Of a stretch of 64,000 nt of DNA, positions 1 through 25,180 are shown piece by piece. The notes under the pieces were generated by a model. It was not told the DNA's origin, ran no database searches, and saw only the letters and a program-made list of their open reading frames with translations. Position 1 is the first letter of the stretch, and the number at the start of each line of letters is the position of its first letter. Source of the DNA: Trichoplax adhaerens (Eukaryota > Animalia > Placozoa); assembly GCF_000150275.1 (NCBI RefSeq), contig NW_002060952.1, forward strand, positions 1,734,313-1,798,312, written 5' to 3'. A program made the translations under genes and the position numbers.

Positions 1-220
1 GAAATGGTAGGGCAGGACTTTAGTCATACTTTTGAAATCAACTTTAGGCTAGCGAAAACATGAAGCTTACTTACCGGTTTTAAATGGTGCGTTAAGGTAA
101 GGCACTATCTCTCGTAAAATACCTTATATTGGGGTATAATTAAGAAATAGAAATAGGTCAGATGTTACTTGAAGATCTTCGATGGAAATATCATGCAAAT
201 GCATTAATTGAATAGCTTTG

Positions 221-3200
221 CTAACCATTGTTTTGGCAAAGAAATGGTAATTCATCGCTACAGTTATGCTCTGCTAAAACCCATCTATCATGATAGAAAG
301 AATAAGAAAGAGCAACACAAGATGGGATAGTAGAATTACTTAAAGTGTTCGGCGCCAAACTTGTCAGTACTTCAGGAGAGATGTAGGAATTCGGAGTGCT
401 TATCCAAGAATAAAAGCTACGATGACCGCTGAAAGTAGCCTTTTTCATACCAATCCAATAAGATGGTGAATAATTTTTATCCAATAAAAAGTCTACAGTC
501 ATCATATAATCTGTATTCCTCCGTAATTCCAGAAGCGTAGCATTATTCATTCCTTGGCAAAATCTCTCACCATTATCAAAATTCATGTACTGTTTAATTC
601 TTAGGCCGCACGCTTCTTGGAATGGCAGCCAATCATTTTGGCAAAAGTCTAAGCTCAGCATAAAAATAGAATTGAATGTTTTAGTTATTATAGTGTAATT
701 ATTTTTTGCCCTCGAATCAAAGCCCTGATGATGTTATATTAACTAAAAATAAATCAGATCTGTAGTGAATAAGACGTAATACATTTCCATCGATATTAAC
801 AATTTCGGATCATATATATGTTAAATAAGTACCAATTTAGGGAGTGTATGGCTGTATTACCAGTTGATTCTATATTAATACACTGGCATCATATTATTAG
901 ACATCAAATACAATTGTTATAATCCACGATCTAAGATCACATATTATTATGACAAACTAAACGTGATACAGCCTGGTAGCACCATAAAGTTGACTATGTA
1001 ATTAAAAAATTGCTATTTAATGGGCAGTTTGCAAAATGACCGATTTCGTATACGGTCATGTTCTTATATATTACTGGGAACTGGAAAGCATTACAAAATT
1101 GATTCTACAATAAATGTCCTGTACCAAGTGGGCAGGAAATTAATTGCAGCACTAACTGAATTCATTTATACTCGTATCATTTATGATCATGAATAAATTG
1201 ATGGCAAATTATTTATGTAACATGGATTCATTTTTTTGGTTCTTTTTGAATTTTTTAAAATGTATGATGTGACAGTGTATGTTACACATTATCTAACTAC
1301 ATTACATTTATTCAGCTTAGGAATTTATGTTGTAATTAGAGAAAAGAAGCTAATTTATTAGTGAAATAATAATTTGCGTTATTCATGTAAAAATCCTTAA
1401 ATATTTTAACAACACAGCGGCATATTAAGAATGTTCTTCTTAGAACTTTTTATCATACAGCGAGTCACAAATGGGAAATTATTGAAATAACATACCGTAT
1501 ATATGGTTTCTAGCAGGTTAATATAGTGTGGCAACCTTTGATTTTACAGAACTAGTGTTACTATTTAGATAACTTTCAATACCTCTAATATAGGGAATTT
1601 TGATGGCCAATGCGATCATTAATTATAAATTAAAATCCACTAATGCCACTATATCACCGTAAAGATCGTATTTATAACCATGGTATTTACTTTGATCAAA
1701 CCATTATCTAGATTCAATATTTTCATATTTATCAGATGATACAACTTAGCGATAATCTGATAGTCTCAACAATCGATAGTAACATATTAAATGCTACCGC
1801 CATGTCGTTAACGATTTTGTTACATATGGGATACAATATTGATAAAAATAATTGGCTAAATTCAGTATTTACAAACTATTTTGAACAGATGAGGTAGATA
1901 TGCGCGAATGATCAGTTAAATATTAGACCATAACATGATAAGAACCAAATACCATGTTGCTACTATTCATAAATAATCTCGATAGTAAAATTTTATTTTA
2001 ATCAGTTTAAAAGTTATCTTAATTCCCAAAGCTTCAGAATTTATTCTAAAAAATCTTGGAATGCATACGTACAATCTATGATTAAATGATTATGCATTCT
2101 ATCGCCGTATATCATCCTAAATTTACGACTTTAATAAAATCATTAGCTTAATTATCTGTACAGTTCTACAATGTGAAAGTTATTGGTCGATATTTTACAT
2201 CAAAGTAATGCATCTTTCTGCTTAATTGTTTACCAATATGTGGCCCAAAATTTCGCTTTATTATACGATCAAATAATTAACTTACTCCTGATATACGAGT
2301 GTACGTGTATTTTAAACCTACTGGAGTCTTTAGGACAGCCTTATTTCTACTGTGAGCTGAATTGCTGTAGCTAGAATATAATTACTATTTAAGTAAACAG
2401 TCCTTTTATGTTAAATCTATAAAATATTACTTGATCACACGACATTTCATTTGGCTATTCAAGTAAATAATCCTGATCTGTCCATAGAATATATGGCTAC
2501 AATAAAGCTTGCTTCTAGCCCTATTATAGCCAGTAACTAGAACAAATTTGATTTCGTTTAAGCAAAGTAATCCTGATATATTCAAAATATAGACTAGGAT
2601 ATGAAAGTGGTAGTTATTGTAACCCTTCCCATATTCCTAAAGAGATAATTTATCTTGTGATTCGCAATTTACTTACAGAAATCTAAGTCATTTTTTAATT
2701 TTTTTAATTACTACAAAGCACCTTACAGATATCAGCAAATTGTCGAATTAATCAAGAATAATCTTAATTAATATCAGTTATAATTAATAGCTCCCGTCTG
2801 GATTATAGAAATAGTTTCTCGCTCAATAGCTGAGGAGACTATTACGGTAATAAATATCTTAAACTGGCAAATAGACAGCCTTTGCAATTAATTCTTTGAA
2901 TTCTTATCAATACTGATTGAACACTAACAAGCCTCTCTCTGGTTTATGCCAATTTTACTCAACTTATTTCTTACAGTGATTTATAAATAGCATTTATTAA
3001 CCTGAAGAAATAAAATACTCGTATTGCCACCCTTTTCTTGATGATTAATTACTACTTGTTTCGATATAAGCTCATTAACCTATAGTAATATAATGCAGTT
3101 CAAGCTTTACTCACTTCAAAATTTAAATTTAAAAATAAGATATAAGTATGGAGCTGTTGTTTATAATCCAAATAGTAATCGAATTTTAGAGATTGTACAA

Positions 3201-3837
3201 CAGCAATGAAAGGTAATGAATTGAAATTTGGTTAAAAATGTTTACGATGCGGTCCCAGTAATCTCAATCAGCGACGACGATCTTAAAAAAGTTACCAACT
3301 CAAATTTAGCTTATTCTCTATTAGTTGTCACTGTTTTAGTATCATTCAATTTTAGTTAAAAAGTACAATGAATGCTTCTATTTCAAGCCAATTAAGGTAT
3401 ATGAACAAAATGATGAGAGAATGGTGAAAATAACATATTGCTTATACTTACGGAAACATTGATGGTGGGCTTGGTTGCAAGAATTTCCAGCAGAGTCTTG
3501 AGATATCCCATAACTACTACTTAAGTACTATTTAATATGGATAAGAAATAAGATATTACATGACAAAATATTGTAAGGGATTCGATATGGTAAACCTGAC
3601 AATTATAAAAGATTTCGATCGATACTTGATGAATATTTGCTAAATTTCTTTCATTGTAAAACTGTAAGTTATAACTTTAATTTGACTATCTCACATTGAT
3701 CTACCAGTGAATTCGATATAACATACTGACTCTCTATATTTATTCTATCAGCATTGTAAAGGATCGCGGTCACTCACGTAAGATGTTGAAATGAGTAGAG
3801 TTAGTAATATCGAACTTGTAGTGGTTAATTTCGGCAT
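221..3837 (-). CDS. Secreted C-type lectin domain protein (multi-exon, probably continues off the left edge)
   Basis: Exon 3837-3778 (MPKLTTTSSILLTLLISTSY, donor GTGAGT) joins exon 3527-3452 (YLSSSYGISQDSAGNSCNQAHHQCF, donor GTAAGT) to give a signal peptide. The CTLD exon starts after TTAG at 648 and contains FCQNDWLPF..C, YWIGM, CVAL..W..C..LPFLCQ. A GTTAG donor at ~225 overlaps the ORF-track stop, and small phase-1 exons are plausible near 104-75 and 19-1. Extra exons between 3452 and 648 cannot be excluded. Confidence 0.75.
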
Positions 3838-5094
3838 GGTACGATAACTAAAAGTAGTTCTAGATAAAATATATTAAATAGCAGCGGTTGATTTATGAGT
3901 CAAAGTCCGAACTGAATTCGCATGCGATGATCGCAATAAGACGAAACTTGCATTCTTTCACCACTTATAAACTTAATTGGTTCCAATTACTTCCTTTAAA
4001 GAGCCATCGGAATGAAGAAAATGATCGGTGATCTATTTTTGAATATTAATTTGAATGTATTGATATCTTATAATCAAATAGTCGATTCAATTAAAGATAA
4101 TTACAAATTCATTTTCATGATCAACTATTCTATTTAGTAATAGCATGTCTTTATTTATGATTATTACTATCAATCGAAAAAGGCGATCGATTTTTTAATA
4201 GATTAATATCGATGATATCGCACCTTGATGATAAACTATGAAATAAATCAATTTTATTTACCCTAATTGATTCGATTTTAAGCAGGTGTCTAATAAGTTG
4301 TTTTCAATCTTTTTTATCGCATTGTTTACATTGTCGTGGAGAAAATCTTTTCATCCATTTTAAGTTCTTTTTTCTTTAGCCAAAAATGTGAAGAAATATC
4401 GTTATACAGTACATGGATAGTATGATATACGTTTGCAATATTTCAATCATACTATCAAATAAGTTTTGCAGCAGTATTTAATTTATTGCATAAGAGCGAT
4501 TCCAGACAGGTCAGATTATTTCTTCATGTTTGTATCCTATCCATGTGGAATTATTAAGAGAGATTGCATGCATGCAAGGGATTAAAATTTTGATCGAAAT
4601 TGGATTGTTAAAAACTCTTACACTCTTTATCCATCATATAACCAATTCGTATCAGAAAATTTTAGCAGTCTTCATTTTTATTAACGACCGAATCAAAAAT
4701 ATCGCCTTGCATTCATAATTATAATAATTATTATTCCCATTTCTTTCTAACAGGCCAAATTAATCACGATAATCCGTTGATACCTAGCAACGAATCATAA
4801 TGCCCATAATATCCGGAATGATCCTTTAGCCTAACTGCATGATACGGTGTATTTTAGGGCATTGGTCGTATAGGGTTGCGTGCTACTGTATTACTTATAT
4901 TGATCAATTTACTCGTCAATGATCGATGGAATGATTTTTCATTCATTCCTTTTATTAGTTTATTAGAGTGTTTATGATTTATCTAGTTTCGAGGAATCCT
5001 TTTCCAGCGGAAAGTTAGGAAGCGAGTTTATTATATGATAATTATCCACCCGCTTGTGATACCTTGCCAATACTTTTTATAATTAGAGCATGTT

Positions 5095-5309
5095 TGTTAC
5101 GGCACAGCATCTTACTCGTTATGGATCATTAAAAACTAAATCACGCAATTACTAGCCCCTGCTGCAACATCGCCTATAAATACAGGTGCATCATGAGCAA
5201 TGCCAGTAGAAGGACGTCGATGAAATAAAGAGCTTGTAGTATTTATAGTAAGCTGTAGAATCAGAAGGTATTTCAATGTGTGAAGGTGCACGAGCACAAC
5301 GATGTAACA
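5095..5309 (+). mobile_element. Solo-LTR-like element (215 bp)
   Basis: Ends are TGTTAC...GTAACA (perfect 6-bp terminal inverted repeat). TATAAATA at 5175 and AATAAA at 5224 are in LTR order. No TSD or PBS is visible. Confidence 0.4.
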
Positions 5310-5606
5310 AGTCTAGCTCTGACAAATCCTAGAATTGTCATACCAGGGACTACTCTATTTCTATTCTTATAGTTTTCATGCTTGATCGTTAACTTAATAT
5401 GGTATATTGCTGTCCCTAACTTCGATAGAAACATGCGTCCAAAATCCTATCTCGTTAAGACTGAGTCAAAATTTCAATTAAAGACGTATTTGCTACAAAA
5501 ACTATGAAAAAAGAAGTAGAGTCGTCAACGTCTACGTAACATCTACACTGCATACTAGATCGATCCAGCGTTTGTTAACAGCTACGAATACGTGGCTGAA
5601 ATTGTT

Positions 5607-6020
5607 TGTTACTGTGAGATTGATAGATCAAGAATCTTCCAAACTTTAGAAAATTAAGATTTATTGAACAAAACCTCGTTTACAAAGATACAACGTAATC
5701 GATTAGCTGAGGACCTCTAACGAGAAAGAACTCTCTTACTATACTAAACTACTCGTTTATATACTTTTCCGCGTTTACAGTCTTAACACCTTTACTTACT
5801 ACACACTTCAGTATTAGCATCTCAAATACAGGATAGTTTACAGCTTTTATGTGAAGCTCTAGTGTGAGCACTGTAGCGCTCCTCTTCAAAAGGATTCCAG
5901 TTTACTAAGCTAGCTATATTGAATACTTAAGCCTCTAACGAGAATATCTATCCTATGTTGAACACAACACCTACGGTAGACATTACTAAATATATCATCA
6001 ACTTAGAATATAATATTACA
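5607..6020 (-). mobile_element. Second solo-LTR-like element (~414 bp)
   Basis: On the minus strand it reads TGTAAT...GTATATAAA (5764-5756)...AATAAA (5665-5660)...CAGTAACA. CCTCTAACGAGAA occurs twice internally (~5714, ~5932). No TSD. Confidence 0.3.
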
Positions 6021-6275
6021 CTGCCTTAAAGTTACTAAAGCTCTACTTAGAAGTAGTAAATTTAGATCAAGAATGTTATTCAAATGAATACGACTGATTT
6101 GGAAAACAGACACGGAAGATCGTTGCTGAGACGCTCCTTTTCGACATTTTTGGCCTTATCTGGTATGAAAAGTCCGTCCATCCGATGTACGATGCTCACC
6201 ACCAGTCACTAGCAGCTCAGTAATGTTCTCCAAAATCTTAGGTAGCAGACAGAAAGACGCTGGAAAAATGGAATT

Positions 6276-6410
6276 ACTGTACAGTACAGTACTGTACAAT
6301 TCATACTGTGCCGTACAGTTAAAGCAGTAGTCCATGGTACGATACCGTCGATAGGGTTACAATCCTGTACTAGGACAGTAGGACTATATGGGGCTATACT
6401 GAGTGTGTAG
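6276..6410. promoter_or_regulatory. TACAG/CTGTA-rich array upstream of LAMTOR3
   Basis: tactgtacagtacagtactgtaca plus further scattered units, 100-240 bp upstream of the ATG at 6515. Confidence 0.55.
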
Positions 6411-6514
6411 CAAGTAGAATCCAAGTTGGCCACCATTATCAAAGCCAAGGTTTCATCAAACTCCATCCAAATATTTAAATTGTCGCAGCTCAACTTTCAA
6501 GTTATTCTTCCATC

Positions 6515-8618
6515 ATGGCTGAGGTAATTATAGATCAATACTGTTCAAAATAGACAGTTAAAATTAGTAATCAGTGTTATTGGATAGACGATACTCCATA
6601 AGCCTTTCGAAACTTCATGGAGACTAGAAGAAATAGTTTGTAGCATTTTACTTTCGTAATTCATGAAAGCAAGGAGAATATCTCTCGAGATACTTCACCT
6701 AGTGGCAGTGGCAGTCTATTTCGGTCAAACCTTAAACGAATCATTCACCCTCTTCCATGATAGATACTACTGCAGTATACCGCCGTTGCAATGGCTATGA
6801 CACATGTGTTGTACATTGTACTCGTATAGTAACTATAGTCCATTAGTACAGTCTCCAGTTGGCGATTGACGATGATGAAATTCGATAAGGTTGCACAAGT
6901 CTTCATCTTCAAACTAAAAATAAAAACTATAGTGCAAGATTCATTTTAAACTCTTGAAAACAAATTTTTATAGGCCCTAGAATTAAAATACATAACGGTA
7001 GGCTATTCGATCATGAGTCGTAGTGCTGCCTGTCATGGATTTCTTCCTTAATTGTCATTCCTCAACTCTTGTCTACCTTTTCTACTATACACTAACTATA
7101 AAATAGACATCAATTCTTTTTAACAATCGATAGATTACACCTTCGATCGAGTAAACCCCTAGGTAATTCTGCTTTACTATTAGATGAATAAATAGATTCA
7201 TCTCAATCACACGGTAGCCACTAGATGAGTTGTACCTTATCCCTGATGGTGGTCATAGTCACTACCATGAATATGGAGCTGGCAACACAGTCGATGTATG
7301 ATAAACTCACAACAGTCTACATGTACAATGTAGTAGCTGATCGACATTATTCTTCAATGAAAGTAATAAATATCCCCTAATGATATGCTTTTTCTATTTA
7401 TACCAGCAACTCCAATCTGATTTGTTGAAATTGATTTCTAGGTAAGTTGATCATGGCGACGAGCAAACGTAGCACTATATGTAAATCTTCTTGAAACTTT
7501 TGCTGTACGTCAGTTATCGTATCTTAATGTTGCAATAGTAGTCATAGGTACAATGCATGATCTCTAAATTTTCAATATGAACCTTTCCAAGTTTTAGATA
7601 AGGGTAGTACATAAAGATTTAGTGTAGATATTAAAAATGCTAATAATCGCAGTCTAATCAAGTCTATAGAAAGGAAAAAACTTATCGCATTTCAGTACCA
7701 CCCTGTTGTGAATTCGGAAGGAATTAATATTTAATGAATTATATATTTTATGCTCTATTATATAGAATTGAAGGCTTATATAGCGTGGCCGTTAGCGATA
7801 AAGATGGTGTACCTATAGTTTATGGTAATAAGTTTTGAAATTAATACTAGATTATTATGCAGTTGGTTTGGCAGTATCGAAATACCACTAGCGTACAATA
7901 TATATAGTCATAAAATCAGTTTGACAATAAAAAAGATCTTGTACAGTACTTGAATCACGATCTTGGCTAAATGAATTAAAATTTTACATAATCTCACTTT
8001 ATGATCATATGGGTTCGTAGTTACATCGCAGAATATACCTGAAGTTGATGTCAAAGGCATTTTACCTGCCATAAACGGTATCATCGATCAGGTAGGATGA
8101 TTGACTATTCATTTGACTAAAATAAGTTCTTGGCTATAATCTAACCGTCAATACAAGTGTATAGAATGAGTTATGAAGATATATTAATCCTTAAACAGTC
8201 ATTCCTTGACTATTTCAACCCTATTCGAATGTCGTATAGGCTAGTAAACTTAGCATAACTGAAAGCAAGAGCTTGGTTGCTCAGTACAAGTCTTATCAGG
8301 TAATTTTCATTGTATGACATTACTAAAGTACCAATATATGATCATTTATCAATCGTAATTTACATACAATAGGTTATACTAATAAATCGATCTCCAGTGT
8401 ATATATCATTTGTAACAGCAAGGAAAGTAAATACGGGTAGGAAATGGTTATTACATTCAATCGATAGCTTAGTTTCTTTTATCTACAATTAGAAGTTCCT
8501 TAATATTTAATCCATAATTATTACCTCGATTAATTTTTATTCTGCTTTAGGATTAATCTTAACATTGGATGACGATGTTATGGATATCCTTGGTGACATC
8601 AAATCAGTCATTCGGTAA
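6515..8618 (+). CDS. LAMTOR3: Ragulator complex protein LAMTOR3 (MP1), 7 exons, 121 aa
   Basis: Exons 6515-6523, 7407-7441, 7766-7824, 8021-8091, 8240-8299, 8373-8436 and 8551-8618 are all GT-AG and in frame. They give MAEQLQSDLLKLISRIEGLYSVAVSDKDGVPIVY...DQASKLSITESKSLVAQYKSYQVILINRSPVYISFVTARKVNTGLILTL..., matching the LAMTOR3 motifs EGL..I.VSDRDGVP, DQ.SKL and NTGLI. Missed by the ORF track. Confidence 0.93.
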
Positions 8619-10194
8619 CTTTCACTACAAATATGTGTGTTTATCATTTTTTTGTGGTTAAAATCTTGAAGCCGATTGAACAAAATTTCAAAAATAATTA
8701 CGTTTACAAAACGCATAAAATTTTGAATATTTAATACTACTTTCGACAAAAATACCCCATTTACTTAGTATATTTTATTATCTATAATTATATATACACT
8801 ATATTTAGTAAACTGTGTTAAAAATCTGTAATTGACATTTAATATTAGAGTACTATTATCAGCTAATAACTAAATAATATCTGTAAATTAAGACTTCATG
8901 GCTTAAATTTTACAATCTACCTTTGGAATTTCTTTCGAAAATTTTTATAATTTTGAATTATTTCATCAGTATTATAGCTACTCTTTTTGAATGTATTTCT
9001 TGTATTCATATTCATCAAATTTGACAGCTTCACATGTGCACAAAAGATCTGTGCTCAATGTTTTCGTTTATAATAGTAGTAATATAGTATCGTCAATCGT
9101 ACTATTTTAAAATGTGAGTATTGTAACGTCGGGTTTTAAGTATAATAAAGAAATGAAACATGATAAAAATCCTTCGAGAAGATAGCTCACTTCATTAATT
9201 ACTACGTAATATTATCTCAGTTATCATTTGAAAGTATACTAGTGTAATTACTCATACTATCTATTTGTGGTGTAGTTAATTAATTAAAGAGTACTTGCAA
9301 TTTTTTGTATAACTGCATAATCAATGTTGCAGCTCTTACATTAGGTAATAATATACTTAGATATTTCCAGTAGGAAATCTAATAACTTACGATTAAATAA
9401 ATATAGTCGAAAAAGCCTGCTAGCAAAATTTTTTATTTATACAACTCGTACAGTAAGTATAATTCGTTAAACTGAAAGTACTTGTCAATGTGACTGTTTG
9501 ACTGCTGCACTGTAACCCAGTCTCATTCCTAATAATAAACCTACTATAAATTTGTTACCCTGCTAATGCTGAATATTCAAGAAAGGTAGCTGATCTCAAA
9601 TCATTTTTAAAATTTAGTACCATCAATGATAACTGATAGGTCTATTTTCAATAGGTCAGTAGTGCTATATTAATCAGTATATAACGAAAGGAAAGGATTT
9701 AGGAAAAACTACTCCTATTTTTCATTTACACTTACGATATACAAGATAATTATGATTAATAAATACCGTAAATAGTTATTTTCAAGCATGCTATATTGTA
9801 TCAACGGGCTTTTTTGAACTCTATCATTGGACATGATAGCGTTATAATTCAGTGAAATAGAGTCTATTTCCTTTTAGAGGTCGATACCAGTGACTACTGT
9901 ATTAGTCACAATACAACAGTTAAAACATAATTAGAAATTCGTCTATGATTTATCATTATGATTAGATGCATACGACATAATTATAAGAAGTAACTTTCGT
10001 ATAAAACAAACATACACAATACAATAATGACTAGATGTGCCTAATACAATCAATAACAGAGATATAAAATCTACGTTTTAACCTTCAATGCGATCAGACT
10101 AATTACATACTGTATATTATCCATAGAAAGTACAAAATTTTTAAACGTGTATTAATCCCTAGTAGATAAGGTGCGTCCTTTTATTAACATGTAA

Positions 10195-22740
<12,546 letters not shown>

Positions 22741-23149
22741 TCGCTCAATACCTTCTCGCCACTAGCCACCCGCTATCTAATCCGAAGTCAGTTTATTATT
22801 ATTATTATCCACTGATAACGATGCCGCTGAGTGAAGTCAATGGTCGTATGAATGGAATTGGATGAATTCAGTCTATTCGAGTCAGCTTTCAACGTCAAAT
22901 GTTCTATCCCACGTTCCAATGGTAATTATCCCTTTTGCTCCTTCCTCCTAACCATCCAATGGATATAGTGATGCACAAGACCTTGTGTAACGGATAATTG
23001 CACACTTTCCACGTGTGCTGGATTCAAAGTCGGGAACTTTTCAAGAGTCCACTTTTCAATCGTCCGTCTTCGCGCATTTTTCGAGAATAATAGCGATCTA
23101 TATTAAGAAGTAGGAAACAGGCCCACCAGTCTGAGTCAATGCTCACCAG

Positions 23150-23380
23150 CTACGGACGTATAGTACGTACGGTACGTTTGTATTGTACTGTACTGGACTG
23201 AATCGGTATAAAAGGCTAAAGGCAATACAATAGGTACAGTAGTACAGTTCAGATAGTCATAAATTAGCCTACAGTATAACGCCTGACTAGACTACAGTAC
23301 GACTGAGCTACTGTACGAATAGAGTTGTTTATTGAAGTTCTCCATAATGGCGATGATGGTGTATACTGTACTGTACATAC
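23150..23380. promoter_or_regulatory. TACAG/CTGTA-rich array upstream of CAD
   Basis: gtacgtacggtac, tgtactgtactg, tacagtagtacag, tactgtactgtac. Confidence 0.5.
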
Positions 23381-24310
23381 TAAATTGGTCTAATTTAGTC
23401 GTGACATTACGTTTTCATATCATTTCAATCGTCGTCGATTTTTTATGAGACACCCTGTATATTACATATATATATACTGTATTTTGATACTGCCAATTAA
23501 TGAATGAATTCTGCTTTTCAGTAGGGATTGCTAGGGAATGATGAAGGATTATAACACATCCTTTTTGTTATGTAGTCAGTGGCATACTGTACGTATAGGT
23601 TAGAATCCCTTTTCTGAACAACGCTACAGTATAAGATGCGATTGAAGTCGTGCTGTGTCCTATTTTGGTTCCTGATGACTGATCAGTGGTGACAGTACAA
23701 CAATATTTGATCATAACAAGGTTAAGTAGAGTGACTCATATGTGTACAGGATTCCTCCACACTTTAGCAAAGATGGCTTATGCCAACTTGAACACCATAG
23801 CAATTCACACTTTAAAATAAGTAACTTGATTATTAATTATTAATAATGCTAGAAAGTCTCACCTATTCTAAACTTTGACTGGCACAGTAATCATCATTAT
23901 TCATTTTATGATTGTCCGTGCATTATATTCAGTTACTGTAGACCATTTTCTCGCCATCAACGTGTATGATACCGTTTCCTTTATACTCTCGACTTCGACC
24001 AACACCAACGATGACTGATAGATAGAAGGTGATTGCGATTAGACTAACAGTGAATAAATAAATTTGAAAAAATTTTTATCACCAGCCGAGGTGCAAACGA
24101 GTTCATTGTACCTTGTACAGTAACGGGAAGGCTTCTACTGTCCTGTACGAATAATATGTTAATGTACATATACAGTACAGTATATAGACGCGTACAGCGT
24201 TAGATCGCATTGATTGCTTTAATAACGACTATAACTGTAATATACTGTATAGCATTATGGAAATGAGTTGATTAAATCACGCTCAATGAGTAAATCACAA
24301 TCCAATGAGC

Positions 24311-24516
24311 CCAATTCCATGTGCCTTTCTGCTGATAGACTCTCTCTTCAAACTAATAGAATTTATCACGCTGGCAAATTTGGCACCCACCCTGTTAACA
24401 CTTAAAGAGGCCGATATTTCAAATGATCCCAGTTCCATGTGCCTTTTAACTGATTTACTCTATCTTCAAACTAATAGAATTTATCACACTGGCAAATTTG
24501 GCACCTTCCCTGTTTA
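24311..24516. repeat. Diverged tandem duplication, period ~119 bp
   Basis: ttccatgtgccttt..ctga..actct.tcttcaaactaatagaatttatcac.ctggcaaatttggcacc...cctgtt occurs at ~24311 and ~24430. Confidence 0.85.
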
Positions 24517-24578
24517 AAATATCGACCACCACAAGTGTTAATAGGGCATGTTTAACTTGTGGCAGTCGATATTTTAAA
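24513..24578. repeat. Inverted repeat / hairpin
   Basis: TTTAAAATATCGAC pairs with GTCGATATTTTAAA (14 bp perfect). After a 2-nt mismatch, CCACAAGT pairs with ACTTGTGG around an 18-nt loop. Confidence 0.85.
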
Positions 24579-24949
24579 TGAGCTCTTGAAATTCTCAAGG
24601 CTGGCACTTTCACATTTTCAATGCGTAATTCCAGTAGCTAGGTATGACGTATATCACCAATATACTGTACTGTACGTATGTATACACTGGTGCTAGACTG
24701 CAAGTGGTGGTTGATCAAGTGTGATATTCTCTTTCAAAGGAATAACCGCTACTGCATGCAACCGTAACTCATTACTATCTAATTCATTAATTTAGATTTA
24801 TTTATTTATTTGCAATTAGAGTAAATTGATGCAGAGGCAATAAGCGACAGGAATTGCATATCTTACTTTCCTGGCTTGAACTACAGTAGGTAGATTACGT
24901 ACACCGTCAGTATGGAGTGGGTATGGTGGTTTCAGCGCTTAATACTCGC

Positions 24950-25080
24950 ACAGTATGCACATTGTACAGTCAGTACTGCTCTACTGTACTCGCACCATAC
25001 TCGTACAGTACTAGACACTGTCCACAGTGTCCACCTGCCGATGGTTTGTACTGTAGTGCACAGTGGGTAATACTGTAGTT
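24950..25080. promoter_or_regulatory. TACAG/CTGTA-rich array upstream of CCDC25
   Basis: tgtacagtcagtactg, tactgtact, gtacagtact, gtactgtag, ending ~100 bp before the ATG at 25181. Confidence 0.55.
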
Positions 25081-25180
25081 CATGCTGTGTTATTAATCGA
25101 CCATCGTTTCCAAAACGTGTCTAGTTCTACTATAGCTGTAGTTTGTAGTTGGTAATTAGAACATTGCAGAATCACACGTA

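Noticed and set aside
1495-2690. Candidate extra or micro exons for the lectin gene (~1495-1545, 2286-2317, 2677-2682)
   Set aside because: Phases or acceptor tracts do not give one consistent model; transcript data are needed.
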